From Gammaproteobacteria bacterium (GTDB lineage: Bacteria; Pseudomonadota; Gammaproteobacteria; CBDBNL01; JAAOII01), in assembly GCA_965215225.1 (NCBI GenBank), contig OZ244039.1, positions 1,725,353 through 1,789,352 of the forward strand: a stretch of DNA of 64,000 nt, written 5' to 3'. The notes below the pieces were generated by a model, which was not told the origin of the DNA, searched no databases, and saw only the letters and a list, made by a program, of their open reading frames with translations. Positions 49,320 to 59,387 of this stretch are shown piece by piece (positions within the stretch are counted from its first letter, which is position 1; the number at the start of each line of letters is the position of its first letter). The translations under genes were made by a program, and so were the position numbers.

Positions 49320-50900
49320 AAAAGAAGCAGATTAGCCAAAGGGGGCTAGTTGGAGTGGGTCTGTCCTAGCTGTTTGGGTTGAAGCTAGGGAAGCAAATTA
49401 GCCAAAGGGGGCTAGTTGGAGTGGGCCTGTCCTAGCTGTTTGGGTTGAGGCTAGGGAAGCAGATTAACCAAAGGGGCTAGTTGGAGTGGGACTGTCCTAG
49501 CCGTTTCGGTTGAGGCTAGGGAAGCAGATTAGCCAAAGGGGGTTAGTTGGAGTGGGTCTGTCCTAGCTGTTTGGGTTGCAGCTAGGGAAGCAGATTAACC
49601 AAAGGGGGCTAGTTGAAGTGGGCATGTCCTAGCTGTTTGGGTTGAAGCTAGGGAAGCAAATTAACCAAAGGGGGCTAGTTGGAGTGGGTCTGTCCTAGCC
49701 TTTTGGGTTGAGGCTAGGGAAGTAAATTAGCCAAAGGGGGCTAGTTGGAGTGGGTCTGTCCTAGCTGTTTGGGTTGCAGCTAGGGAAGCAAATTAGCCAA
49801 AGGGGGCTAGTTGGAGTGGGTCTGTCCTAGCTGTTTGGGTTGCAGCTAGGGAAGCAGATTAGCCAAAGGGGGCTGGTTGGAGTGGGTCTGTCCTAGCCGT
49901 TTGGGTTGCAGCTAGGGAAGCAAATTAGCCAAAGGGAGCTAGTTGGGGTGGGGCTGTCCTAGCTGTTTGGGTTGCAGCTAGGGAAGCAAATTAGCCAAAG
50001 GGGGCTAGTTGGAGTGGGCCTGTCCTAGCTGTTTGGGTTGAGGCTAGGGAAGCAAATTAGCCAAAGGGGGCTAGTTGAAGTGGGCATGTCCTAGCTGTTT
50101 GGGTTGAAGCTAGGGAAGCAAATTAACCAAAGGGGGCTAGTTGGAGTGGGCCTGTCCTAGCTGTTTCGGTTGAAGTTGAGGGTCTCAGCCAAAGCAAGTT
50201 GTCAGTTTGAGAAGGGAAGAAAAGAAGCAGACTAGCCAAAGGGGGCTAGTTGGAGTGGGTCTGTCCTAGCTGTTTGGGTTGCAGCTAGGGAAGCAAATTA
50301 GCCAAAGGGGGCTAGTTGGAGTGGGACTGTCCTAGCCGTTTCGGTTGAGGCTAGGGAAGCAGATTAGCCAAAGGGGGCTAGTTGGAGTGGGTCTGTCCTA
50401 GCTGTTTGGGTTGAAGCTAGGGAAGCAAATTAGCCAAAGGGGGCTAGTTGGAGTGGGTCTGTCCTAGCTGTTTGGGTTGCAGCTAGGGAAGTAAATTAAC
50501 CAAAGGGGGTTAGTTGGAGTGGGCCTGTCCTAGGTGTTTAGGTTGAGGCTAGGGAAGCGAATTAGCCAAAGGGAGCTAGTTGGAGTGAGTCTGTCCTAGC
50601 TGTTTGGGTTGAGGCTAGGGAAGCAAATTAACCAAAGGGGGTTAGTTGGAGTGGGCCTGTCCTAGCTGTTTGGGTTGAAGTTGAGGGTCTAAGTCGAAGC
50701 AAGTTGTCAGTTTGAGAAGGGAAGAAAAGAAGCAGACTAGCCAAAGGGGGCTAGTTGGAGTGGGTCTGTCCTAGCTGTTTCGGTTGAAGTTGAGGGTCTA
50801 AGCCAAAGCAAGTTGTCAGTTTGAGAAGGGAAGAAAAGAAGCAGACTAGCCAAATGGGGCTAGTTGGAGTGGGTCTGTCCTAGCCGTTTGGGTTGAGGCT
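49320..50900. repeat. 66-bp tandem repeat array, second copy (about 24 units in 3-4 sub-arrays)
   Basis: Same unit as 45335-46990. Sub-array boundaries are marked by gttgtcagtttgagaagggaagaaaagaagcag. Confidence 0.9.
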
Positions 50901-53061
50901 AGGGAAGTAGATTGTCTAAACGGTCCCAGTTTAATCTGGGTTTGGCAGGCGTCCCCTCCAAAGACCACCAGTCACGCCAGTCTTCGGGATCTAGCGGAGT
51001 GCAGCGAATGGCGGGATATTCATCCGACTCGCCGAAATCCCAGATGAGATTGTCATTGGTTCGTTCATCTGATTCTATACTCCCACTATTATCCTTATCA
51101 CACCAGACCGCCAGTGGCTCATCACTCATCCCATCGTTAAATATATTTATGTCATCGTCCCACTCTTCATAAATCCCTGTATAGTCAGTTGGCTCGCGAA
51201 GATCATTGCTGGTCTTGGCTTCACCATAATTGCCATTAGTGACGCCACTAGTCTCACTGTCCCAATAAGAAGCAACTCCAGTCCCACTTCCTCTCCCAAC
51301 CAGCATAGAAGTCATACTGCCTGAGACCACATAAGAATAAGCAACCTGGCTAAAGGTCAATGCTCCCACCAAACCGCCTAGATCAATACTCCCTTCTAGC
51401 TCACCCACCACAACCGAAGAAGAAACAATCTGAGTACCACTACCAGATCCTATCAGACCGCCTAGCTGACCAGTTCCTCTCACCTCGCCTGCCACAACTG
51501 AAGAAGAAGCAATCCGAGCCGATGTACCATCCCCTACCAAACCCCCTATAGACTGACCCCCTCTCAGACTACCCAGCACAACCGAAGAAGAAGCAATCCA
51601 AACTGATGTACCAGACCCTACCAGACCGCCTATACTAAGTTTAAAATTATCAATCTCGCTCACCACCCCAGCTGCCACAACCGAAGAAGAAGCAATCCGA
51701 GCCGATGAACCCAACCCCACCAAACCCCCTACAGCATTATCCCCTTTCACCTCACCCACCATAACCGAAGAAGAAACAATCCGAGATCCTGAACCATCCC
51801 CCACCAGAGTGCCTACTCTATTCCTAGCTGTCACTGCCTCGGCACTAAGAGTCAGATTGCGAATCTCTGAACTCGCGGTTATATGACCAAACAGACCTAC
51901 ACAATCCTCATCTGAACGACTAATATTCAAATCACTAATCGTCCAGCCATTGCCTTCAAAAATCCCATCAAAAGCATCTCCTTGACATCCAATGGTGCCA
52001 CTAGCTGTGTCATGACCCAAGGGTTGCCAGCCTTTGCCTCCATCAGCGCTCATATAGGTTGCAAGACTGATATTTGCAACCAGCTCATAGCCAGAACAAG
52101 AAGCAGTAGTGCCATTGCCACAGCCAGTGGAGTCGAGCGCCTCGCTCGCCGTTAGCTTCCTCCCTACGCCATTCAAAGCATAACGCACCGCATCCAGCTG
52201 CGCCGCTGTGGCTATCTCTATCAACCCATCGCCATCATCATCTATGTCCGTTCCATCCATCGAATTGTCATTATCGCAATCGTTATCCTGGACACATTCA
52301 GCTGCTGCCTCATCTCCATCGCGGACATGATCATCATCGCAATCGGCTTTCATTACACAGGCTGCCGCTACTTCATCCCCATCGCGGACATGATCATCGT
52401 CGCAATCGGCTTTTATCACACAGGCTGCCGCTACTTCATCCCCATCGCGGACATGATCATCGTCGCAATCGGCTTTTATCACACAGGCTGCCGCTACTTC
52501 ATCTATATCCATGACACTATCCCCATCGCAATCCACCAACAGCGAACATCTCACCTCATCTGAATTAGTCTGTCGCTCTCTCTCATCAACATCATCCAAC
52601 CCATCATTATCATCATCCTCATCACAAACATCGCCCTCACCATCCTTATCTGTATTAGTCTGGTCGGGATTTGCAACAAGCGGACAATTATCCATAGCAT
52701 TCTCCATGCCATCATTATCATCATCACTGGAAGCATCGCTTCCCGAACCATTGTCGCCCGAACCATTGTCGCCCGGACCACTGTCTCCCGAACCATCGGT
52801 CATCGAACCATTGCCTATTAAACCGATGCTGCTTGAACTGCCGCCAGCACAAGCAGTGAGAACAGCTGATAAGAAACCAGCCGCAACTAAGAAGAAGAGG
52901 AACCGTCCCAGCCTACTAAGCAGAGTCAGGGGGGCATGATCTAGGCTCGGGGCTAGATAAGGGGCCAGATAAGAAAAATAGCAGCGAAACCTAGCCGCCC
53001 CGAATAAAAATCGATTTACATCTGTCATATTTACATTTGTCATAATAATTCCCTCCCGCAT
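50899..53061 (-). CDS. surface lipoprotein with TSP3-like and GLUG repeats (paralog 3, 720 aa)
   Basis: Canonical TSP3 repeats (DDDNDGMENAMDNCPLVANPDQTNTDKDGEGDVCDEDDDNDGLDD), a 20-aa x3 internal repeat (CVIKADCDDDHVRDGDEVAAA), GLUG units and the conserved C-terminal domain. Confidence 0.75.
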   Translation of the reverse strand: MREGIIMTNVNMTDVNRFLFGAARFRCYFSYLAPYLAPSLDHAPLTLLSRLGRFLFFLVAAGFLSAVLTACAGGSSSSIGLIGNGSMTDGSGDSGPGDNGSGDNGSGSDASSDDDNDGMENAMDNCPLVANPDQTNTDKDGEGDVCDEDDDNDGLDDVDERERQTNSDEVRCSLLVDCDGDSVMDIDEVAAACVIKADCDDDHVRDGDEVAAACVIKADCDDDHVRDGDEVAAACVMKADCDDDHVRDGDEAAAECVQDNDCDNDNSMDGTDIDDDGDGLIEIATAAQLDAVRYALNGVGRKLTASEALDSTGCGNGTTASCSGYELVANISLATYMSADGGKGWQPLGHDTASGTIGCQGDAFDGIFEGNGWTISDLNISRSDEDCVGLFGHITASSEIRNLTLSAEAVTARNRVGTLVGDGSGSRIVSSSVMVGEVKGDNAVGGLVGLGSSARIASSSVVAAGVVSEIDNFKLSIGGLVGSGTSVWIASSSVVLGSLRGGQSIGGLVGDGTSARIASSSVVAGEVRGTGQLGGLIGSGSGTQIVSSSVVVGELEGSIDLGGLVGALTFSQVAYSYVVSGSMTSMLVGRGSGTGVASYWDSETSGVTNGNYGEAKTSNDLREPTDYTGIYEEWDDDINIFNDGMSDEPLAVWCDKDNSGSIESDERTNDNLIWDFGESDEYPAIRCTPLDPEDWRDWWSLEGTPAKPRLNWDRLDNLLP

Positions 53062-53270
53062 TCAAAGAAGAACAAGTCCCTCTTGACTACAAAATAGGGA
53101 CAAAAACAACAAAAATGCGACTTAGATGCCCCCAATCAACACTCAATTCCAACCTCTAAAAACGCCTTTATTAGTTAGAATAGACTAATTAAGGGCTTCA
53201 AAGAAAATTAGTATTAGTAGCCTTTAAAGACCTATTGACTTCATAAAATAGAAAGCAATGATAAGAAATA

Positions 53271-54173
53271 ATGATGAGTGAAAAGAATCAAACCATTCAA
53301 GGAAGCATGGTTGCTTTGGTAACTCCCATGCTAGCCGAAAGTCATGAGATTGATTGGCAAACCTTAGAACAACTAATAGACTGGCATATCGAACAGGGAA
53401 CTGATGCCATCATCGCGGTGGGGACTACTGGCGAGTCTTCTACCCTAAGCCATAGGGAACACATAGCAATAGTAGCAAAGATAGTCAAGCAAGCAGATGG
53501 CAAGATACCCATCATCGCTGGGACAGGTTCGAACTCTACCCGTGAAGCCATCGACCTGACCAAAGCCGCCGAACAAGCAGGGGCAGACGCTGCCCTCTTG
53601 ATGGTGCCCTATTACAACAAGCCGCCCCAGCAGGGACTCATAAGGCATTTTCTCGCGATTGCTGATGCGGTTGATATGCGGCAGATTATCTATAATGTTC
53701 CAAGTCGCACCATTACCGACATACTACCAGAAACTCTGGCGGAGACAAGCCATCATCCCAATATTATCGGCATCAAGGAAGCTACTGGCGATATTAGCCG
53801 CGTAGAAAAAATACATCGGTTATGTGGGGAAGGTTTCCTCATCTATTCGGGAGATGACGCCAGTTGTGTAGAACTAATGCTTGCTGGTGGCAAAGGATGT
53901 ATTTCGGTAACTGCCAATGTTGTCCCAGCACTGATGCACCAACTATGTCAATTAGCCATTGAAGGAGAAGCAGACAAGGCAAGGCAGTTGAACGAAACCC
54001 TGAGTGCGCTGCACTCGGTTCTCTTTGTTGAGTCAAATCCCATCCCAGTCAAATATGCCCTCTATCTATGTAAGAGAATACAAAACGCCATTCGCTTGCC
54101 CCTGTTGCCGCTATTGTCCAGTCATCATCCACAACTCAAAGCAATATTAAAAGAACTCTCTTTACTTCATTAA
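53271..54173 (+). CDS. dapA: 4-hydroxy-tetrahydrodipicolinate synthase
   Basis: VALVTPM...GTDAIIAVGTTGESSTLSHREH...YNVPSRT... matches the DapA motifs, and a Lys occurs at the expected catalytic position (IKEATGD). Confidence 0.9.
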   Translation: MMSEKNQTIQGSMVALVTPMLAESHEIDWQTLEQLIDWHIEQGTDAIIAVGTTGESSTLSHREHIAIVAKIVKQADGKIPIIAGTGSNSTREAIDLTKAAEQAGADAALLMVPYYNKPPQQGLIRHFLAIADAVDMRQIIYNVPSRTITDILPETLAETSHHPNIIGIKEATGDISRVEKIHRLCGEGFLIYSGDDASCVELMLAGGKGCISVTANVVPALMHQLCQLAIEGEADKARQLNETLSALHSVLFVESNPIPVKYALYLCKRIQNAIRLPLLPLLSSHHPQLKAILKELSLLH

Positions 54174-54721
54174 TGTCAATCAGGCTAGGTGCTATCTTTG
54201 TCTGCCTCATCTATAGCTTCATCTATATAGGATGCAGTGCCAAGAAAGACGGCTTCTTAGCCGCTAGGGATGGTAGGCAAGACTTTAGCCTGCCTAATCA
54301 AACGCTTTCTTCTCTTTATCCAGTGCCCGCTTTGAATGGATCCGCGCCAGCTCCGATAGATTTCGTCAGACGGCCGCGACCTCAGGCTAGTTTTATTGGC
54401 CGGCCGCCATCACCCTATCTAGAGGAAACGACTCGCTTGGAAGAAGAGCGCCTGCTGTTATTTAAGTTAGGATACAACACCAACCGAGATGCTGCCCTAT
54501 TCATTGAACCCTACCAGCAGGAGGACCTTGTCATTCTAGAGAAGCTATTGGGCGAGTTTGGCTTTAGGAAACAAGAAGAATCCCTCTATGTGGCGGCAGA
54601 GACTTCTATCCAACTGGGCTTTTATCCTTCTGCCCTTCTACTGAGTCTGATTGCTACTGGCCAAACTGAGGATAGCTTTGCTCTGTTAGACCAGATGAGA
54701 AGGGCTTGGCAAGAACTATGA
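54173..54721 (+). CDS. lipoprotein, possibly a BamC/NlpB-like fragment (by synteny between dapA and purC)
   Basis: Lipobox YIGCS, 182 aa. In E. coli the dapA-bamC-purC neighbourhood is conserved, but this protein is only half the BamC length. Confidence 0.35.
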   Translation: MSIRLGAIFVCLIYSFIYIGCSAKKDGFLAARDGRQDFSLPNQTLSSLYPVPALNGSAPAPIDFVRRPRPQASFIGRPPSPYLEETTRLEEERLLLFKLGYNTNRDAALFIEPYQQEDLVILEKLLGEFGFRKQEESLYVAAETSIQLGFYPSALLLSLIATGQTEDSFALLDQMRRAWQEL

Positions 54722-54739
54722 TGCACCTATGAAACTCCT

Positions 54740-55447
54740 ATGAAGCAGCAAGAGCACCTCTATTCTGGTAAGGCAAAGAGTCTCTTTAAGACTAATGACC
54801 CTAATCGGCTCATCATGCAATTTCGCGACCAGCTAACTGCCTTTGATGGCAAGAAAAAATCTGACTGTGCTGGCAAGGGAATCTATAACAACAAGATTAA
54901 CGCCCATCTGATGTCCCACCTTCAAAATAAGAAGATCAGAGTTCATTTCATTGAGAAGCTAGACGACCGAAGATCCCTAGTCCATAGCTTGTCAATGATT
55001 AAATTAGAGTTCATTTTGCGTAATCGGGCAGCTGGCAGCATTTGTTCCCGACTGGGCTTGCCCAAAGGACAGAATTTCTCTCAACCTGTTTTTGAGATCT
55101 GTCTGAAGAGCGATGAGCTGGGCGACCCTCTGATTAATGACTCTCATATTGAGCTGCTCGACTACTCGTTGCAACTGGTTGATGATGCAAGAAAAATAGC
55201 ACTCAGCATCAATAGCCATTTGATTAAATTGTTTGATAAAGCAGGAATAGAACTAGTCGACCTGAAGCTTGAGTTTGGTCTAGACCATAAGAAGCAGCTG
55301 TGTCTTGGCGATGAAATATCACCAGATAGCTGTCGCCTGTGGGATAAGAATTCCCACACTCCTCTTGATAAGGATCTATTCCGCTTTGATTTGGGAGACC
55401 TGCTTGATGGCTATAAACTGGTTGCCGAAAGACTAGGCATTGCCTAA
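54740..55447 (+). CDS. purC: phosphoribosylaminoimidazole-succinocarboxamide synthase
   Basis: 235 aa with an N-terminus LYSGKAKSLF.T.DP...M.FRD..TAFDG.KK typical of PurC (SAICAR synthetase). Confidence 0.85.
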   Translation: MKQQEHLYSGKAKSLFKTNDPNRLIMQFRDQLTAFDGKKKSDCAGKGIYNNKINAHLMSHLQNKKIRVHFIEKLDDRRSLVHSLSMIKLEFILRNRAAGSICSRLGLPKGQNFSQPVFEICLKSDELGDPLINDSHIELLDYSLQLVDDARKIALSINSHLIKLFDKAGIELVDLKLEFGLDHKKQLCLGDEISPDSCRLWDKNSHTPLDKDLFRFDLGDLLDGYKLVAERLGIA

Positions 55448-56521
55448 GAGCCGCCGAACAAAACTTCTATCAAGATAGTTTTTCCAATACCACACCCAAT
55501 AGCCAGTAAAAGAGAAGCTGCCCCTTTGCCCTAAGGCAGCCTTGTTTCCTAAGGATAGTAGGGTGAGGAATTCCTGCTGAGGATGATAAGAGTTCAATTC
55601 CTTTTCCGCTGCCATGGCCAAGAGGTTATGGCCAAGACAGGGAGCCTGCCGAACGGCAAAGACCCCTGCTTTTGGTAAATTATGTCCTGTCAGACTAGCT
55701 ATATCCCCAGCCGCAAAAATATTAGGATGAGAAAGAGATTGTAAGCGGTCATTTACCTTGACAAAACCGTCTTCATCAAGCTGTAAAGGGCTCTCTTTAA
55801 GCCAATGAGGAGGAACCCCATTGGTTGCCCAAAAGACATAGTCTGCCGCCACTCTGGTCTCAGTAGAATCAGCCGACCGAATCAGCAGACTCTTATCTTG
55901 CCATGCCATGACCCAGCTTTGTTCTCTCAGTTGAACATTTGCATCGCTCAACTTTTGTCTAGCCAGCTTGACTAGTCGCTCAGCATAACCGGGCAATAGG
56001 TTATCGGCTGTAATTAAGCTCAGCTGGCAGTCTTTGCGCCGCCAAGCAAGTGCCAGGGCAACCTCCAGGCTAGCCGCCCCACCGCCCACTACAGCAAGAT
56101 GCATCCGACCTTTATGCTCAAGTAGGGATTCCCACTTTGAGATAAATTCAGTGACCGGTTTGAGTGGCAAGGAATCTTCTGTTTGGGTATTGGCAGGCAA
56201 GGAAGAAGACACACCCAGATTAAGCGAGGCAATATCAAAACCCAGCGCCCCCCTATCCGTGATAATGGAATCATCATTAATAGCCTCGACCCTAGCAAGG
56301 AAAAACTCAACCCCGACTTTCTGACAGAGTCGCGGCAGGCTGATACTGATGTCTTCTATCCCATAGTGACCGGCGATGAAGCCAGGTAGCATGCCAGTAT
56401 AAAGCAGCGCCTGGGATTCGCTAACCAGAGTAATATGGTGAGCACAGGGTTTGAGAGCTCTTAATACCAGTGCATGGGTATGGCCGCCGCCAAGAAGGAC
56501 TATCTTTTTCTTTGTCATCAA
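55433..56521 (-). CDS. FAD-dependent pyridine nucleotide-disulfide oxidoreductase family protein (SQR/NDH-2-like)
   Basis: An N-terminal dinucleotide-binding fingerprint KKIVLLGGGHTHALVL and a second motif HLAVVGGGAASLEVALAL, 362 aa. Confidence 0.5.
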   Translation of the reverse strand: MMTKKKIVLLGGGHTHALVLRALKPCAHHITLVSESQALLYTGMLPGFIAGHYGIEDISISLPRLCQKVGVEFFLARVEAINDDSIITDRGALGFDIASLNLGVSSSLPANTQTEDSLPLKPVTEFISKWESLLEHKGRMHLAVVGGGAASLEVALALAWRRKDCQLSLITADNLLPGYAERLVKLARQKLSDANVQLREQSWVMAWQDKSLLIRSADSTETRVAADYVFWATNGVPPHWLKESPLQLDEDGFVKVNDRLQSLSHPNIFAAGDIASLTGHNLPKAGVFAVRQAPCLGHNLLAMAAEKELNSYHPQQEFLTLLSLGNKAALGQRGSFSFTGYWVWYWKNYLDRSFVRRLLGNA

Positions 56522-57055
56522 TAGGCTATTTAATCCGCAAATGATAATATCATATGGCTAAAAATTATTAAACTTAGCATTTAATTATGACAAGAAAATG
56601 GCAAGGATCTGCAATACCAGTGCATGGTTATGGCCGCCGCCAAGAAGGACTATCTTTTTCTTTATCATCAATAGGCTATTTAATCCGCAAATGATAATAT
56701 CATATGGCTAAAAATTATTAAACTTAGCATTTAATTATGACAAGAAAATGGCAAGGATCTGCAATACCAGTGCATGGGTATGACCGCCGCCAAGAAGGAC
56801 TATCTTTTTCTTTGTCATCAACAGGCTATTTAATCCGCAAATGATAATATCATATGGCTAAAAATTATTAAACTTAGCATTTAATTATGACAAGAAAATG
56901 GCAAGGATCTGCAATACCAGTGCATGGGTATGGCCGCCGCCAAGAAGGACTATCTTTTTCTTTATCATCAATAGGCTATTTAATCCGCAAATGATAATAT
57001 CATATGGCTAAAAATTATTAAACTTAGCATTTAATTATGACAAGAAAATGGCAAG
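56455..57055. repeat. 150-bp tandem repeat x4 spanning the divergent promoter region and the first codons of both flanking genes
   Basis: The unit ...caataccagtgcatgggtatggccgccgccaagaaggactatctttttctttgtcatcaataggctatttaatccgcaaatgataatatcatatggctaaaaattattaaacttagcatttaattatgacaagaaaatggcaaggatctg recurs at 56461, 56611, 56761 and 56911. Confidence 0.9.
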
Positions 57056-58064
57056 GATCTGCGCTTTAATCACTGGCGGCACCATTGGGATGATAACCAG
57101 AGGCAACTCCAGTCTTATGCCAGCCCAGCCTCTAGACTATAGCAGGTTCTTCCCCCATCTTGCTGAGCTGGCTGAAATAGACTATCATCTGGTCTTCTAT
57201 TTAGACAGCAGTGCAGTCGGCGCGCCTCAATGGCGCGAGCTAGCGACGGCTATAGAGAAACGGCTGGATAAATATGATGGCTTTGTGGTCTGTCATGGGA
57301 CGGATACCATGGCATACTCGGCTTCTGCCTTGGCCTATGCCTTTGGCAGCTGTCTTAATCATCCTATAGTTTTTACTGGCTCCCAGCGAACGCCTGATTC
57401 GCCAGCTAGTGATGCCCAAGCCAACCTAGTTGCTTCTATCAAGTTGGCTTCGAGCCAGCTAGCGGAAGTGGCTATAGCCTTTGACAAGCTAGCCTGGCGA
57501 GCCTGCCGCACCATTAAGGTATCTAACTCTCAAGACGCTGCCTTCGTCTCCCCCAAGACACCACCTCTAGCCCGGCTGGATACAAGATGCACCTTGACTT
57601 TAACCCCAACGGCTAGAAGACAATCTCCCCAGCAAAAGACTGGCAAGCCAATCAGCGATTTCAGCAATCGCTTAGCCTTCTTCTATGCCGTCCCTTCTCA
57701 TGAACCAACCAGTTTAATTCAGCAGGCGAAGAGCGCCAGCTGGCAAGTAGGATTAGTAGTGGGTTTAGGCAATGGTAATCTTCCCCCGCGATTTCTGTCC
57801 TTCATTCGAGCAGCAAAAGAACATCATAAGCAGATCATCATCGCCTCAGCAAATTGTGACCCATCTCCCACTTCCTATCCACCATTAAGAGAAGCACTAG
57901 AACAGGGCGCTATCTATGCTGGCGGCTATAGCCTGCCGGGCCTATGGACGAAACTTTGCTGGCTGATACCCCAAAGTGAAAAGCTCAAAAACAACCAACA
58001 AGAAGCCTTCTTCAAAGCGGCATTGGCAAAATCCTATGTAGGAGAATTAGAAATAGAACCTTAA
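57048..58064 (+). CDS. L-asparaginase (type I, AnsA-like)
   Basis: The LITGGTIGM threonine motif and the HGTDTMAYSASAL signature are collinear with E. coli AnsA, at 338 aa. Confidence 0.75.
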   Translation: MARICALITGGTIGMITRGNSSLMPAQPLDYSRFFPHLAELAEIDYHLVFYLDSSAVGAPQWRELATAIEKRLDKYDGFVVCHGTDTMAYSASALAYAFGSCLNHPIVFTGSQRTPDSPASDAQANLVASIKLASSQLAEVAIAFDKLAWRACRTIKVSNSQDAAFVSPKTPPLARLDTRCTLTLTPTARRQSPQQKTGKPISDFSNRLAFFYAVPSHEPTSLIQQAKSASWQVGLVVGLGNGNLPPRFLSFIRAAKEHHKQIIIASANCDPSPTSYPPLREALEQGAIYAGGYSLPGLWTKLCWLIPQSEKLKNNQQEAFFKAALAKSYVGELEIEP

Positions 58065-58187
58065 TAATGCTTAAGAATAAGGCTTAAGTTAAGCTATAAT
58101 AGCTGATAATTTACTGCGTATAGTCAATCATACAAATAGCATGAAAGAAATAGAACACTCAATATTTATCAAACTTGAAATATTCAT

Positions 58188-59387
58188 ATGAAGAAGATCT
58201 TAATTAGCTGCTTATGCTCGCTAGTTCTTCTCACTAGCTACGCTCAAGTAGTTGCAGAGGACTGGCAAGAAACATTAACCAAAGCCAAAGGACAGACAGT
58301 CTATTGGCACGCTTGGGGCGGAAGTCCGACCATCAATAGTTATATAGCCTGGATAGGAGAGGAAGTCGATAAGCTTTATGGCATAAAACTACATCACGCT
58401 AAGGTGGTGGATATCGCCCATGTGGTCTCCAAGGTCTTAGCGGAAAAGACGGCCGGCAAAGATACTCAAGGCTCAGTTGATCTAGTATGGATCAATGGTG
58501 AGAATTTTAGGTCTATGAAAGAAAATGGCCTACTCTTCGGCCCCTTTGCTCAAAGGCTGCCAAACTTCTCCTATGTAGATACAGAAAACAAGCCCACTAC
58601 CCTAGTAGACTTCACTATTCCTACCGACGGATATGAATCTCCTTGGGGAATGGCATATCTGAATTTTATTTACGACAGCGCCAGGCTACCAATCCCTCCA
58701 CAGTCGATCCAATCTTGGCTTGCCTATGCCCGAAATAACCCTGGTCGCTTGACCTATCCCGCGCCGCCAGACTTCATAGGTAGCACCTTTCTCAAACAGG
58801 TTCTTTATGCCACTATTGACAACCCAGCCGACCTACAACAACCGCCGCAAGAAGGAAATCTGGCTCAGAACCTAGCCAGCCTTTTTGCTTATCTCGATCA
58901 ACTCAATCCTTATCTGTGGCAGCAGGGGAAGAATTATCCTAAGAATCTAACCGAATTGGAGAGGCTGCTTGGCGACAGAGAGGTAGATATAGCCATTAGC
59001 TTCAATCCCGGCCAGGCCTCAGAGGCAATTAACAATGGCAGACTCCCTGCTTCAGTTCGCACCTATGTGATGGAGGAAGGGGCGATAGGCAATAGTCATT
59101 TCGTTGCCATCCCTTATAACGCCAAGGCAAAAGAAGCCGCTCAGGTAGTGGCTAATTTCTTGTTGTCGCCAGCTGCCCAGTTACGTAAGAGTGACCCAAC
59201 TATCTGGGGAGATCCAACTGTCCTTGCAATTGACAAGCTGCCAGCAGCAGATCAAAGGGCTTTTGCCAATCTAGATATGGGACCTGCTGGGCTCTCACCC
59301 AAAGACATCAAGCGGATATTACCCGAACCCCATCCTCTCTGGATGGAAGCAATTGAGGAGAGGTGGTTGCAAAAATATGCGCGATGA
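58188..59387 (+). CDS. periplasmic ABC-transporter substrate-binding protein (YnjB-like)
   Basis: 399 aa with a signal peptide. Its size and composition suit an SBP. The specific family is uncertain. Confidence 0.4.
   Translation: MKKILISCLCSLVLLTSYAQVVAEDWQETLTKAKGQTVYWHAWGGSPTINSYIAWIGEEVDKLYGIKLHHAKVVDIAHVVSKVLAEKTAGKDTQGSVDLVWINGENFRSMKENGLLFGPFAQRLPNFSYVDTENKPTTLVDFTIPTDGYESPWGMAYLNFIYDSARLPIPPQSIQSWLAYARNNPGRLTYPAPPDFIGSTFLKQVLYATIDNPADLQQPPQEGNLAQNLASLFAYLDQLNPYLWQQGKNYPKNLTELERLLGDREVDIAISFNPGQASEAINNGRLPASVRTYVMEEGAIGNSHFVAIPYNAKAKEAAQVVANFLLSPAAQLRKSDPTIWGDPTVLAIDKLPAADQRAFANLDMGPAGLSPKDIKRILPEPHPLWMEAIEERWLQKYAR

Noticed and set aside
45335-50900. Possible CRISPR arrays (regularly spaced repeats)
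   Set aside because: The units are contiguous 66-bp whole-unit tandem copies with only point differences. There are no unique spacers between conserved repeats, and no cas genes are nearby.
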